Below, piece by piece: positions 1 through 13,810 of a stretch of 64,000 nt of DNA (the first letter of the stretch is position 1; each line of letters opens with the position of its first letter). Below the pieces are notes generated by a model that worked only from the letters and a program-made list of their open reading frames with translations, was not told the DNA's origin and ran no database searches. The translations under genes and the position numbers were made by a program. This DNA is from the human T2T-CHM13v2.0 reference genome, Homo sapiens. The DNA is taken from the NCBI RefSeq assembly GCF_009914755.1, contig NC_060930.1; one strand, 5' to 3'.

Positions 1-2981
1 AAACAAATAATAATCACAAAAAGTATCTGTTCTGTGGTAAAAGAAATTCCTGACAGGTTCCTCCCTAAATAAAAATAAATGGACGGACTCCCATAAAATT
101 TATGTGGTTAACACAGAAATAGTTGGACTACATTAATACCTCAAAAATGTCTGGTTAAAAACACAAGAACCACACTGGGATAAACTTCTTATTGATGAGA
201 TTTCTCAGATCATGGAATCCCCATCAAGGAAAGTAATGGGAGGTTTATCACTGGAAACTTTGAAGAACAAATGAGACAAAACAGTATACAGTAAAAATAG
301 CAATTATATATAATATGGAGGCCCAGAGAAAAACTCTTCATCTCCCAATACTGAGATTTTCAGAAATTCATGTAATACTTATATTTTTGCTTGCTATCTA
401 AAGCTTTCTTCAGTTCTACATTACCTAGGCATATATGGCATCTGTGCTTTTTGGTTCAGTATTTCTGACCCATTTGATGATTGATAATTATTGAAATGAA
501 AACAAAATGTTCTTTTGTAGAACTCACTGACTCTTAAGTCCTAGGGTTCCAGTGGTGTGCAGCATTAGAGATGGAACTCTGCCCCTATTTCCTATCTATC
601 CAATCTACTGTAGGGCAAAAGGCCTATACTTGTGAAGGGCTGCTTGGGACAAGGCTGCTTTCTGTGACCTTGGAAAGTTAATTAGATTGCCCAAGGATTG
701 AAATCATAACCTATTCTTCATTAACTTCATGCTATTCATGCAATAATACATAGAACTAAATTGCTAGTGCAAGTATAAAATAGTAGTGGTTAAGACTTCT
801 AGGTTGTATTTAAATTTCAATAATTGTCATAACTAAGTTTAATCATAACATGAATGAAGTAAGAATATATTGTGGAAGTAAAAAATGACTTTGAAGATGC
901 AAATAATAGCAATAATGTGCTATAAAAATTATATATTTGACTAGTGATCTCATACTTAAAAGTAGAAGGTAATGTTTTGTGCTCTTGGAGTTATTTAACC
1001 CAGGGAATTCTACTCTGCCTGGATGCTTCTACTAGACTATAAATGCTTTCATAAGAAATATGACTTAGGCATACCTCTAATATAAGCATTTAAAAATGTT
1101 ATTTGTGTCATCTTTCAATCTCTTCTTCTAGACTTTGGAAAAGTACCATTTCTTTATATATCCATCCCTGATTCCCACTCGGTTCTTTTGTATCCTTTAA
1201 GGACCATTTAAATCTGCAATGCCTAAGTAACTGAGAATTCAGTGTCTGGTTTGTTTGCTTTCTCTTTTTGCCATATATTTAAAAAATAGCATATGGAAAT
1301 GAAGCTAAAGTAAATAGGATGAAAGAAATGTATTCTCATATGGATATGCTAATGAATATGAAATAACTTGGTTATTTCACATAGAACTAGCTAGTTAAGG
1401 CTATCTAGTACCTTCCCCAAGCCACTAACATGTCATTGGCCACAATTTGCATAATCAGGAATCTCTAAATATATAAATGTTATAGAAGATTTCTGCAAAA
1501 TAGTATGATAGATCTGATTTAATTGATCATAAGGTTTCATGGCTTCACGCCTATGAATGGAATGATTGGCAGAATTTTACACCTTATCAGTTGCATTAGT
1601 CAACCTAGCTTGTGTAGATCTAGTGTTTTGCATGTCTTTTCTGTGGTTGGCATATGATTCTCTCAACAGCTGTTTACCATAGCTATGGGTCACTGATATG
1701 TCCCATGTGACATTTATAAATGTCTTGTGTTGTTCACAAGACATTTATAAAATTCAGCTGTGGTTCATGTATCACTGATGTGGTCTACACATGTCTTAAA
1801 GAATTTTTTTCTTTTCTGTTTTTTTCAAGGAGGGACTCATTTGGAATTCCTTACTCTACAAAGTTTGGGGTTTTCTGAAGGTTTGCAACATTGAAGAGAA
1901 CAACCCTGTCATGCTAGCAGAGGAGAAACTACAGTCTTTGATGGCAGGTTGACAAGGGTACTCTGTCCCTGGAGTCATTTTATTATCTGACTTCTGTATT
2001 CTGCCAAAGACACTGAGACCACCTACCTGCACATTGGAAAATACAGCTGAGATCTGTCTTTGTGACCCAGACAGATGCCCTCTCAACTTCTCTCTGTTCT
2101 GAAGGAAAACATTGCAGCCCAGGCCAGATGAAAACAAGCACTTTCCCCCCCACTTTTTCTGTGGGAAAGATGAGTTGAAACCAAAGTTAATATATTTGAA
2201 AAATCTGGGGGAAAAACAGAACAGATTTTTAAAAAGCTGTTTCTTTACCCATCGGTATGCTATTTGCAGAAGTCTTACAAAGGAAACTTCTGTTGGAGTG
2301 GAAAACACTGAGAGAAACCCATGTTATGTGAGACTTTAATTCCCTGGAGCTGGGAAAATGAAAGAATCAGGTCCCTATATTCTTGGACTGTTGTCATTAG
2401 TTACCAAGAATGTTTATTCAATTGGTTTTAACCATTTCATTAGGAATTCCTTTCATCTGCTGGATATAGTTAACGCAAGACAGGTGAAGCTAATTTTATA
2501 AAGCAGTATTGTTACATTATATGCAACAGATTTCTGAGCACAGAAAGGAAGAAGAATCGATTTTTATCTGCTCATTTTTTAAAAGATATTTTTCACCAAC
2601 CGTATATCTGTACTATCATTACAACAATGCAGTCTGGCTACAATCTCAGGGAATCAATGTGATTTATGTCATAATGCTTTCTTCTTGGAAGGGTACATTT
2701 GGCACAAGATAACTGATTTTAAGCAATAAACTTACAGACTCTGGGCCAATCTTGTTAAACCATTGGCTAGTGCAAAGCTAAATCACTTAATATAATTCCC
2801 ACCTAGAGGCTCATCCATTTTTTAAAATCACTAAACTACTGGCAAATTCATGTTAACAAGATCAGAATAAAAGCTGCTAGGATATTCAGTATTTTGCATG
2901 ATGGACCTCTCCTTTCCACCAAGAGCACAGGTTAGTTTCTATCAGATTAAACAAAATGATTTAAAAGAGTAAACTTTTAAT

Positions 2982-3201
2982 CAGTGTTTTTCTAGCTTGT
3001 AGCATATGACTCATATTAAGAAACATATTTTATATCAGATTCCACATATATAATCTGAAACAAATTTTTCAGGGAATAATACACATGCTTATAATTACGT
3101 GGTGCTCTTGAATATGTTCTAGTCTATTCTACTGTATTAATGTAAATTATTTCATAATTATTACTACCTAGCTTTGTATCATGAATAGTTTGAAATACAT
3201 G
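2982..3201. mobile_element. hAT-Charlie DNA transposon remnant (Charlie4/MER80-like)
   Basis: Starts CAGTGTTTTTC and ends GTTTGAAATACATGG (degenerate hAT TIR pair); internal CTGAAACAAATTTTTCAGGGAATAATAC and TTCTAGTCTATTCTA resemble Charlie-type consensus as I recall it. Confidence 0.4.
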
Positions 3202-4344
3202 GCTTTAGATAACATTCACTCTGGAGCTGAAAGCCTGGCACAAAATAAAATTGTGCCTAAATTGATTAGTAATATGCCAATTATTAGTGAGTACAAAGCC
3301 AAGCACTTTTAAAATTTATTCATTAGCCGACAAATCTCCATAAAAACCATGCAAGTATTTTATAAATGAAGGGCATAGAAGAGCAAATTTCATGGCAAAG
3401 TTTTCATAAATAGTTGCAGAACTTTGATAGGCATCCAGAACTACTCATGCCTGAACCATGAAATTAACATCTAAGCAGAAGCCTGGGTCTTGGGTCATCT
3501 TCTAGACCTGGGAATATTTAATTGACCTTAGACTCTCCAGATTACAGGGGATATTTAGAAAGTCTTACTTGGTTCTGAGAAAATTTCCATATCTCTAGAA
3601 TATTTGTGGCCTCCTCAATCCTCCTTCAAATTGCTTATGTCCTTCATTGGGCAAAGAGTTAGACCCGCGGTCCACCTGGTGGGATCTGCACATCAAGGGA
3701 GGGCATGGGAGAGTTCTTTCCCTGAGATTGGCCTTTGCATAAAAGTTAGCTCATTTTAAGGTCTAGGGGACTATGTCTACCAGTAGTAGTAGTAGTAGAC
3801 ATAGTAACTTATTCTAGAACTATTAGAAGGGAAAATCTGACTGTAATAGGGACCTATGACTAAACCTGGGGTCAAGGAGGTGTGTGGTATCACAGCTTGG
3901 ATTCTTTTTTTTTTTTTCAGCAGGTGGAGCGATCCTAGCACCAAATTAACCCCAGATACATAAAGAGAGATTCACAGACGCAGTTATCCTATGTAAAGGG
4001 GCTCAAGTTTGTTTGACCACTGGCCTCTGCAATGGATTTGGAACTGTTAATAGCCAATTCTTCAACAATAGTCTTTTTACTCCTATTAACAGATGGGGCA
4101 GCAATAAGTAACTCAAATTTGTTGAGGAGCAACTTTATTTTGATGTCCCAGAGTTCAGTGAAGCAAGACAGTATTCTCATAGACTGCCTGACTAATGTGT
4201 TCTGAACACGACAAACTAATTTATGAGCAAGAAATTCATTGGTTCACATAGTGGTCAAAATGATTAGGTAATTTAACAGAAATAACTAATAAATTGCTTG
4301 ATTATTTAACATAATTCTGAGTTGTCAACCAAAACAGCAAAGCC

Positions 4345-4583
4345 TTTTTTTTTTTTTTAGGGGCTGAATCTTGCCTTGTCATCCAGGCTGGAGTGCAGTG
4401 GCATGGTCACTCAAGTGATCCTCCCACCTCAGCCTCCTGAGTAGGTATGACTGCAGGTGCACACAAGACCACATCCAATTAATATTTAAATTTTTCATAG
4501 AGATGGAGTCTCACTATGTTGCCCAGGCTGGTCCCAAACTTCTGACTTAAAGCAATCCTCCCACATCTGTCTCCCGAAGCACT
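4345..4583 (-). mobile_element. AluJ, 5'-truncated, with internal deletion in the right monomer
   Basis: Poly-T then CCAGGCTGGAGTGCAGTGGC ... TCAAGTGATCCTCCCACCTCAGCCTCC (J-type); TSD AAAACAGCAAA at 4331 and 4585. Confidence 0.9.
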
Positions 4584-6089
4584 AAAAACAGCAAATCTAA
4601 ATAAAGACCGTAAACACTGATGAAAGGACAAATAAGAGCACAGTGCAGGCCTAGCTGTGGAGCCAAAAAATGAGATGCGGAGCTCTGATAGGCAGGCAGT
4701 TACTACAGTTTCTTTCATTCGTTTCTTATTTTGGGCTGGGAAAAAAACAAAATAATAAAACTTTGATCTTAAGATTTTTTTCAAAATCATGTTCTTTGGA
4801 ATGCCTAAAAAGAATTTAAAATAATTTAATATCATGACTGTCCTATGTTTATCTTTGGAAAAAAAAAAAGTATTCAAACTGCTAAATTTCAGGACCATGG
4901 TTTTGTGATAGAACTACGCTCACACATGGTCTGTGCTCTCGCCTTCCTAGAATGCAAACTCTATGAGGAAAGGATTTTTGTCTGTCTTTTCTTGATGCCA
5001 TCTTCAACAACAGGACATTTTCCTAGGAGGATTTTTACCAGCTACTTGTAAATTCCAAATGGCTACATTTTAGTAAAATTTTTAAATTATTGAAAAGTTT
5101 TACAAGTCTGTTAAAAGTTTTTAAATCATACCTTTTAAAAAACACATAATTATCTTAGGTGATATTTATTTTCTTTGTTTGCTTAACAAATACCTGAGTT
5201 AATATCTACAAATGAGCTGAATACATACACTGCACTATACTCTTTCAAATATTTAAAGAAGTTAAGATCATCAAACCATGTACTTAAAGATGCTTAAATA
5301 TTCTTTGCAACTTTAGAAACCAGGGGTCTGTTTCTTGAGGAAGTCTTATAATGAATTTGTATTTTTGAGGTAGTTAGCATAAGTTATTATTGAACAGTAA
5401 TTCTTGCAGTGGTTGTAAATCATTTTTAAAATGGCTAGTGATGAATTAATATAAGGTACCTGATCCAAGTGACTAAACTATTCCCTGAAGGAAAAATGCT
5501 CATCTCTGAGAGATATTTTCCTAAATTGGAACTTGGTAACAGTGCTGGTCTTATACACAGGATTTTTAATTACTCGAGTCATCGATCAAGTAGAAACAAG
5601 TCTGTGTATTTATTGTGGAGATGGAATATTTTTGACCTACCCAGGAAAACCACATCCTATATCAAAATTATTCTTAGAGATGTAAACTGATCATGTCATT
5701 TGTTTGCATTTAAAGTTGTAAAGCAGATTCCTAGAAAAATCAAAACAAAAGCCTGTTTATACTAACCACATAATTACAATAAAAGATTCTTATGAAGGCC
5801 TAGAAAACAATTTCTCTTCTAATTGATACACATCTGCATATCCTACATACACTTGATCTGAAGGTCATATAGATCTTAATAGATGCACCCAGACTTTTAG
5901 ATTCTGTTCATCTCATTTGCAAAATAAGTTAGAGATTTCTTCTGACCCCTGAAACCATTGCTATGAAAACAATGTTATGAAAACATTTGCTTTAATAGCA
6001 AATTCTGTAACAAAAATGTCTTTAAGGTGTGTTTAAGTCAACACTGACTTACGTTTCAAAAAAATGTGTATATGTGCTATAAATAGATG

Positions 6090-6225
6090 TATAGGCTATT
6101 TATGTGTGTGTGTGTATGTATGTGTAAGCTATAGCTTTATGTTAATTTATATATGTATGTGCATATATATACATATGTTATAATTAAATATATGCTATTT
6201 ATATGTATGTATGTGTTTGTACATA
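6090..6225. repeat. degenerate (TA/TG)n low-complexity microsatellite
   Basis: TATGTGTGTGTGTGTATGTATGTG ... ATATATATACATATG runs. Confidence 0.8.
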
Positions 6226-9089
6226 CTGTAAAATTAGCTCTGGCTTTAGTAAATTATATATCTTTTCATTTCAGCAAAAGTGATGAATACAATCTTTGAG
6301 TGAACTAACGGAATATCTGAGACGAGTTGAAAATCTGTTGGGTCAAGTGGTTAGTATGCTGATTTGTATATATAATTATGTGTGTGTGGCATAATTTTAT
6401 AAATACTTTTACATGATGGGGCAATCATAGCTTTCCCTTATACACTATGCTATGCTGCTGAACAAGCTTCAGCCAAGACATTTTGTTCTGTAAATTTGGT
6501 TTTGCTGTTCTTCTTGTGATATCACCAATAAGTTGCAAAATACTTTTCTTCTATCTCCTAACTATTGCTAAGAGACTTAACATAGGAAAATCTGAAAAAC
6601 ACACTTAGGATATCGGGGGCTAAATGCTACAAAATACTGCAATTGAAAAAGTCATATCATGTGTATTCCCTGTTGTGTCAGTGTTTCTAAACCTACATTT
6701 CTTTCTACCAGGCACTGTATTTTAACTTAGAAAACAGATCTGATAATTGAAACAGTACCACTTAGAGACCAGAAGATCCAATTATTTACTAAAGGGTGTG
6801 TGGTCTGGAAAATCCGTAGATTCCTTTGCCTGTTATGTCATTCAGTGAAATGGTCAGTAATAGCTCTTTAATGTCAACTCATAAGAGGTTCTTTGTGCTG
6901 ATGACCACACTAAATGGAGCAAAACCAAAAGATTTCTCTTTATAATCATAATCAAACTCCAATCTCATCTTTTTTGTGAAGATTTTCCCTCAATTATCCT
7001 TGATCTACCTTTTCATCCAGATCTGCTGTTGATATGTGCTATGCAATTTTGGTACTCTGCTATGCAATTATGTTCCCCAATTCACAAATGGCTTGCAATA
7101 TCTTCATCTCTGCCAGCTCTCAGTGAGCAATAACTGCCTTTCATTTTTCTCACGTCCTTCAAGATACCAAGTTTAAGGCTTAGAACACACCAGGCCATAA
7201 AAGAAATATTTGCTTTTGGCTCATTAGTTTGAAAACATTACCTCAAAAGATACTCTTAGGATCAGATGATTATAATAATGGCACTTATATTGCTGACACT
7301 TAATAATGTACTTTTCTTTCCCCCAATTTAAAGTATCTTCTCATTGGTCTCACAATAAGCATCCATCAATAATGAATTTCTCACTGTAAGTTTTAAAAGG
7401 TCACTTGGACCTATTGCCCTTTCAAAGAACTGTTTTTAAAAGGATTCGGGAATGGCAAGCAAATTTATGGGAATATTCAAGAAATTTCACATAGTGAGCA
7501 TTTTTTGAGTGGTTATGAATCATTGGGTCACAAGCAAGGTATGTTTTGTATATACAAAGAGGAGTTGGATTAATTAACTCTAAGATCTTTCCCAGCTTGT
7601 AACATTATGACACCTTCTCTTATTGAACAGCAAGGACAAATCTCTGATGCCACTAATGAGTAACTTTAGATTAAATATATTTGTATGTATATGTAGGTCT
7701 ATAAAAGCCATGTTTAACAGCAAGGTGAGATTTCAAATGGCAACTTTCCATTTTTTTTCCTGAGCCAGTCAACAACAGCACAGGCAGAGGAAGGGTCCAG
7801 GCTGTCCTCATTTTTTCATTGATGAAGGACTGTCTGAAAAACAGTGTTTACAAAAGCATTCCTATGCTGATTGTCTGCATCCCCCGCAGGGTTCAAGTGA
7901 GGGGTCTAAGAATTTGGGGAGGGCAAAGGCAGTGATGGGTGAATAAATCCTTTCTCACCATTCTAGAGCTCATCCTCAATAAGGCCACTCTTCCGTGGGA
8001 GGTGGAAAGGAATCTGATGGTGCCTGTTTGTTTTGGCAGCCTGTTCCCTGAAGATGCACACATCCAGAGAATGACAGAGAGCCGTTTTTCCAGGCCAAAG
8101 CTAACTTCTGTTTCCATAACACTGTGGGAAGCTGAAAATGCAAGCCACACAGGTTTGTCCCCAGTCTGTGAATAAACAGCATCCTGCTTCCAGAGATATC
8201 GTCCCTAAATCACCTTTCATTCATTGAAGATTCATTTTAAAAATTAGGAAAATAAGATGCCAAAGAAATCAGTCTTTAAAAAAAAATCCCAATGATCCAG
8301 GTTATCCAGGAGATAAAGACTTTCTTAATCTTTATTATCATCAACATTCGCAAAAGCAGAGGCAGCAAATGACAACAGAGCACCCAGATAACTTTAGTCT
8401 CTTTATTAGATACTTTGCCACCTTCAGAATATTGATTATCTCTGTTCCTGATTTTTATGAACTTACTGTTCTGAAAGCCCAAGTTCAAATGCCCCCCCAA
8501 ATTAGTTCTCTACCCATCAATGAGCATAGTTATGTTTTAGTGACATAATCTCATGGTTTAGAATTCTTTACAAATCACCTGCTCAAATCCCTCACTTCTC
8601 AGAACATAAGGGATAACAATAGTCTAAATTCAGAAAAGATATGAAGCAAAGAAGTTAAGGATGTCTACATTAAAGTGTACATGAGTATTAGCAAAGTCCT
8701 TTATATGAAATGTACAGCTGCCTACAAATCATAAGCACCATAGCTCACGAAACAACAGTTCTGGAAAACAGTGTCAACAATCCAGCATTAATTGCTTCCA
8801 CCTATTTCTTTATTTCATTTTTTCTTGGAATACTCTGATTTTTTTCTTTTATCATTGCTATTGCTACTTGATTAGGAATGCACATTACATGTGTTCACTG
8901 TCTTCTCACTTAAACCATTGATAGAAATTTCTGGTATTTTATTAGCAAAGTCTCTTTCAAATCTTTTGCAGACTTCTGTTAGTTTCAGATTAGTAAGCAG
9001 GTACAGGTCTTTGAGTAGGGCTTTCTAACCTTTTACAGAGAGTGTATTAGCCACAGAAGTCTTTTTTTTCTCAATAGAGTATAGAAATA

Positions 9090-9250
9090 AAAATGATAAT
9101 AGCCAGGCTTTTGTCAGCATTAAATGCCATGCCAAGCACTATACTATTTTATGTACATTTGCCAATTTAACCTGCAAAACAAACTTATAAAACAGATACC
9201 AGAATTATTCCCAGTTTAAATTAGACATAAGGGTTAAGTAATTTACCTCT
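9090..9250 (-). mobile_element. MIR SINE
   Basis: ATAATAGCC ... TGCCAAGCACT ... ATTATTCCCAGTTT ... GGTTAAGTAATTTACC matches the reverse complement of the MIR core. Confidence 0.7.
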
Positions 9251-9384
9251 GCATAAAGGGAATACATATAAGAGATGAGATATATTGACATATAGGCATA
9301 GAAAAACTAGTGAAAAAATGATACATCTTCGTGATGTCACATTTAATATTTTCATTTTTAAAAAAACATGAAACACAACTATTG

Positions 9385-12060
9385 ATTATGGCAGTATGGT
9401 GGACTAGACTTTCTGATCAACTTCCTGCTGTAAAAAATTATTAATAAAATGTTGGGTAAGACAAATGATCAATAATTTGGCTATAAATTAAAGGATAATT
9501 AGAGGTCAAAACATAGATAAAATATAAACTAGAGGAGTAAGCTGAATGCTGCTTTTATCTTGAAGGTATTTGTTAAAATCCGGTGGTTTTGAGCTTAATT
9601 TCATGGCTTCATGTGCACAGAGGACAGGAGATAAAACCCAGGTCCTATTCAAATTATAGACCAGAATGTACTCTCCCACTCTACACAAAAATAGAATCCC
9701 AAAGCTTACGCCTTCAGTGGAAGGCTGAACTAGAAATAAGACCGTTTAAATTTACTCTGGGGACTGCACAGAAAAACACCTGTGCAAACCTTCGTGCTAC
9801 ATAGAGAGACAGAACATTTTCCCTGAAAATTTGTTGTCATAAGTTGCAGTTTACATGGTTTTGCAAACCACTTTTACACCAACGAGGTAGTTTTGGGAAT
9901 CCTCAAGTTAAAACTGTAAAATGGTACCAGGTTGGCAATGTCACTAGGCACCTTGCAAAAGCAAATCCAGACTTTCTCTGGATGAACTCTTGAAACTCAG
10001 ACCCCAATTAATTCCTTCACCTAATACTCCAAGAAATATGAATCAAAAATAATAAAATACAGAAGGACGCAAGTCATAATGTGTGTGAGCCAGGCACAAT
10101 GATAGATAGCAGACTCATGCCAGTAAAAATTACAGACTATAATACAAAATAATGTGCTTCATGTTCTAAAAGTGATGTAAAAAAGGCAATGCAAAATATG
10201 ATCCAAGATAGTATAAAATAACTGTGAAGCACAATTTCCAAAAGTAAAAATTAAACTTCTAGAAAAGCACCAAAAATGGACATTAAACACTCAATAGTCA
10301 GTTTTAACATTGGTGTTTAATGGATTTTAAGAGAGACTTGAAAAAAATTATGGAAACAACATATAGAAGGAAGAAGTAGAATATCTGAAAAAAGTTTAAG
10401 AGTCATGGAAGATAAAGTGAGAAGGTCTAACACATATTAAATTAGAGTCATAGAATTAGTGGTGGAGGAGAAATATTTGAAGGAATAATGGCTGATAATT
10501 TTTCAGAAATAAAGAATAGCTCCAACCCACAGATGAAGAATCCCATTAGTCAAATGAATTCCAACAGGATAAATAAAAAAGAAAACCTCATCTAAATATA
10601 TCAGAGTAAAATTATGAAAAAAAAAGCAGTGAAAATATTTCGATCCTAGTTAAGAGACAATTGTGTGCATACACTTGGTGAATTGTAAGATATCTAAATT
10701 ATACCTCAATGAAACTTATTTTAAAAATCTAGCTAGAAATAAAAGAAACTATATAAATGAATGCCAGTTAGATTGGAGCCAACTTAAAAAATAGCAAAAT
10801 TAAAAGTCAGAAGAGAGTGTAACAAAATCCCCAATATGCTGAGAAAAAAACAAATATTAGCAGAAAGTTACAAAAACTTCACAAATAATTCAAGGATGAA
10901 GATGAAAAAAATAAATTTTTAGGCAAGCAAAATCTAAGACAACTTCCCACTAACAGAATCTCCTTCACATTCAAAAGTCGTAAGATGTAATTCAAGAAGA
11001 AAGACAATGATCCCAGATGTAAATATGTAAGGAAAAATAATGATTAAAATGCAAGCAAATATATATGTAAATCTAAAAATACTGATTTACCTTATAAAAT
11101 AATAATAATAAATCTTTCTGGAGTTCAGAAAACATGATAAAAAACAGAAATATGATACATTCAAGGCAAATATAAAATACAAAATAAGAAAGTAGAAATG
11201 AATCCAAACATTTAAATAATAATAAAAACTACATGTTAAGTAAATGCTCCAATATAAATATTTTCAGGTTGCATTAGAAACTAAATCCAGCTATATATAA
11301 TAACCACAATGATAATATAAAGACAAAATATATACTAGGAAAAACTAATTACAATAAAGCTGATAAAGCTACATCAACATCAAGCGATATGGACCTTGTG
11401 AATATTTCTTGAATAAGGATAAAGTAATTCATTAATAAAGAAGAGATATTAATGCTAAACTTAATTTCACCTAATAATATAAACCAAAAAATGACAGAAG
11501 TACAAGGAGAAATAGATAAGATTTCCAAAACAGCAGACTTTAATACACTCTTGTCAGCAATTGATAGTAAGAAATAAATCAGAAAGAATATATTTGAAGA
11601 ACTCTATTAACATAAATGGTGTCATAAAAGCATACAAAATACTTCACACAACAAATAGAGGATACTTATACTTTCAAAGCAAAATTTCTGAAAATTGACC
11701 CATATTGGGCCTTAAATCAAATTTCATAAACATCATAGATAACATCTATACCCTAGAGAACTCTTGCATTTGCGCATCACCACCATCAAACACATACAAG
11801 AATGTGCTGTTTTTAATACCAAAGACACTGAAAAAAAAAGTTTCTGTAATCTTCAGTATTAACCAATCAATAACTTTGGTTTCACAAAATGAGAGATTAC
11901 TGTGTAGCTGTGAAAATAAATAAATTTAGCTATATACCAATATATATATATCTCAAGAATATAACTGTGAATGAAAAAAAATTTCAGGTGAATAGATCAA
12001 GTATGATGTTATTCATATAAAATTCAAAAGCATGCAAAACTTAGCCATGTATTAGAAAAG
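9385..12060 (+). mobile_element. ancient L1 (L1M/L1ME-type): 5' region, decayed ORF1, ORF2 endonuclease start, then 3' UTR
   Basis: Very A-rich plus strand; ORF1 remnants AGAAGGTCTAACACATATTAAATTAGAGTC and ATATTTGAAGGAATAATGGCTGATAATTTT (RRSNI..GV, IFEEIMAENF motifs); EN remnants CAAGGAGAAATAGAT and GACTTTAATACACTCTTGTCAGCAATTGATAG; L1ME-like 3' UTR from ~11880. Confidence 0.85.
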
Positions 12061-12084
12061 GAGAAAAACCATATGGTAAAGTGG

Positions 12085-12525
12085 AGCATTCGTTATCTGT
12101 TGATGCATGACAAATTACCCCAAAACAGAGAAGTTAAAACAGAAATTGCCACTCATTATCTCTCATAATTTCTGTGGGTCATGAATTTGCAGGAGGAAAG
12201 GAAGGACACTGTTCCATGATGTCAGGGGCCTCAGTTGGAAGACGGACTGTGATGTAGAGTCATATGGAGACTCTTTCAGTCCCAGGTCGGCTGCTTCCTG
12301 CTGGTCTCAGCCGGTAGGTTAGCAGAAGATTTCAGCCTGCACGTGGCCTCTGCACGTGGCCTGGCTTCTTCACAAATGAAGCCTGGGTTCCCAGGGCAAG
12401 CATCCTGAGAGAAAGAGCCAAGTAGAAGCTACCTCCTTTTCATGACCTAGCCTCAGTAGCCACATAGCATCATTTCCCCATACTACATTGACTGGGGCTA
12501 TCACAAACCCCTGCCCAGATTTAAG
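12085..12525 (-). mobile_element. MaLR LTR, MLT1F/G-like, nested in the L1
   Basis: GTTATCTGTTGATGCATGACAAATTACCCCAAAAC ... TTATCTCTCATAATTTCTGTGGGTCA ... TGACCTAGCCTCAGTAGCCACATAGCATCATTTCC. Confidence 0.75.
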
Positions 12526-12544
12526 TAACAGCAGCCATAAATGC

Positions 12545-12650
12545 AGCTCAGTAGTTACTTCTGCTTGAAGAGGAAAGGACATAGCATTCTGGAAGGGCTC
12601 TCAGAGGTCTTCTTAGGTAACGGATAATGTTCTATTTATAAACTGGGGGA
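12545..12650 (+). mobile_element. L1ME 3' UTR fragment (continuation after the MLT1 insertion)
   Basis: GTAGTTACTTCTG ... GGTAACGGATAATGTTCTATTTATAAACTGGGG, typical L1ME 3' end. Confidence 0.55.
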
Positions 12651-13119
12651 GAGAAATGCTGTGAGTATCCTCCCTGTATTTCTTCTCAAACTTTTCAAAA
12701 CTCATCTTACCATCTCCATTCCCTGCCCAAACCCTCCAAGGAAGCACCATTGCTGTACAATTAAAGCTCATCAATCTTATCTTTTACTTTCTATCTTACA
12801 TCTGAGTTCTATTACTGTATATGAAAATTTCAAATTGTAAAAAAAAGTAAGCCCATATCAATTATGATTAGATGTTGATGACCCCAAAGTTGTTCCATTT
12901 CATATTGATTTACATAAATCCTTGGCCTTTTGTGTCTGCAACCTATATTTGTGTATTTGGCTTTGTTCTTGTCACTGTGGCTGCTCTGCTTCATGATGCT
13001 TCTTTGTCTATTCCTTGAGAGTGGGGTCATAAGAATAGTCCCTGCAATGATGCTGATTCTTCAGGCCTTTTCTGGAAATTAAAGAGGAAAAATCTGCTTG
13101 CACATTTGAAAAGCTGTAA

Positions 13120-13464
<345 letters not shown>

Positions 13465-13689
13465 AACACTGACTTCTAATTTGTAAAATTCTTCAAATGG
13501 TGTTGGACATAGAAGCTTCTACTAAAAATTTTTAAGGTGTTTACTTCTCTGAATTATGTATGTGCTTTTCATCATTTCCCTAAAGGGCACTTTTTTCTGG
13601 TTAGCACTGCTTGTGCTTGGCACTCACCCTGGCTAAGAATATATTTCTGAATTGACTTTTCTGCCAGAACATATTCCTTATGTTCCAGT

Positions 13690-13810
13690 CTATCAACAAG
13701 TCTATGTTGTGCAATTTTTACATGCTAGGCACTGTGCTAGGCCCTTGGTATTCTGCAGTAAACAAGATTTCCATTCTTTCTACCACTATGAAGTGTATAG
13801 TCTAGTGATT
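13690..13810 (-). mobile_element. L2 3' end fragment
   Basis: ATGCTAGGCACTGTGCTAGGC ... CAGTAAACAAGA ... TATAGTCTAGTG. Confidence 0.6.

Noticed and set aside
1856-2308. 150-aa minus-strand ORF in unique DNA
   Set aside because: No recognisable domain, F/S/K-biased composition typical of AT-rich non-coding DNA, and no supporting gene structure
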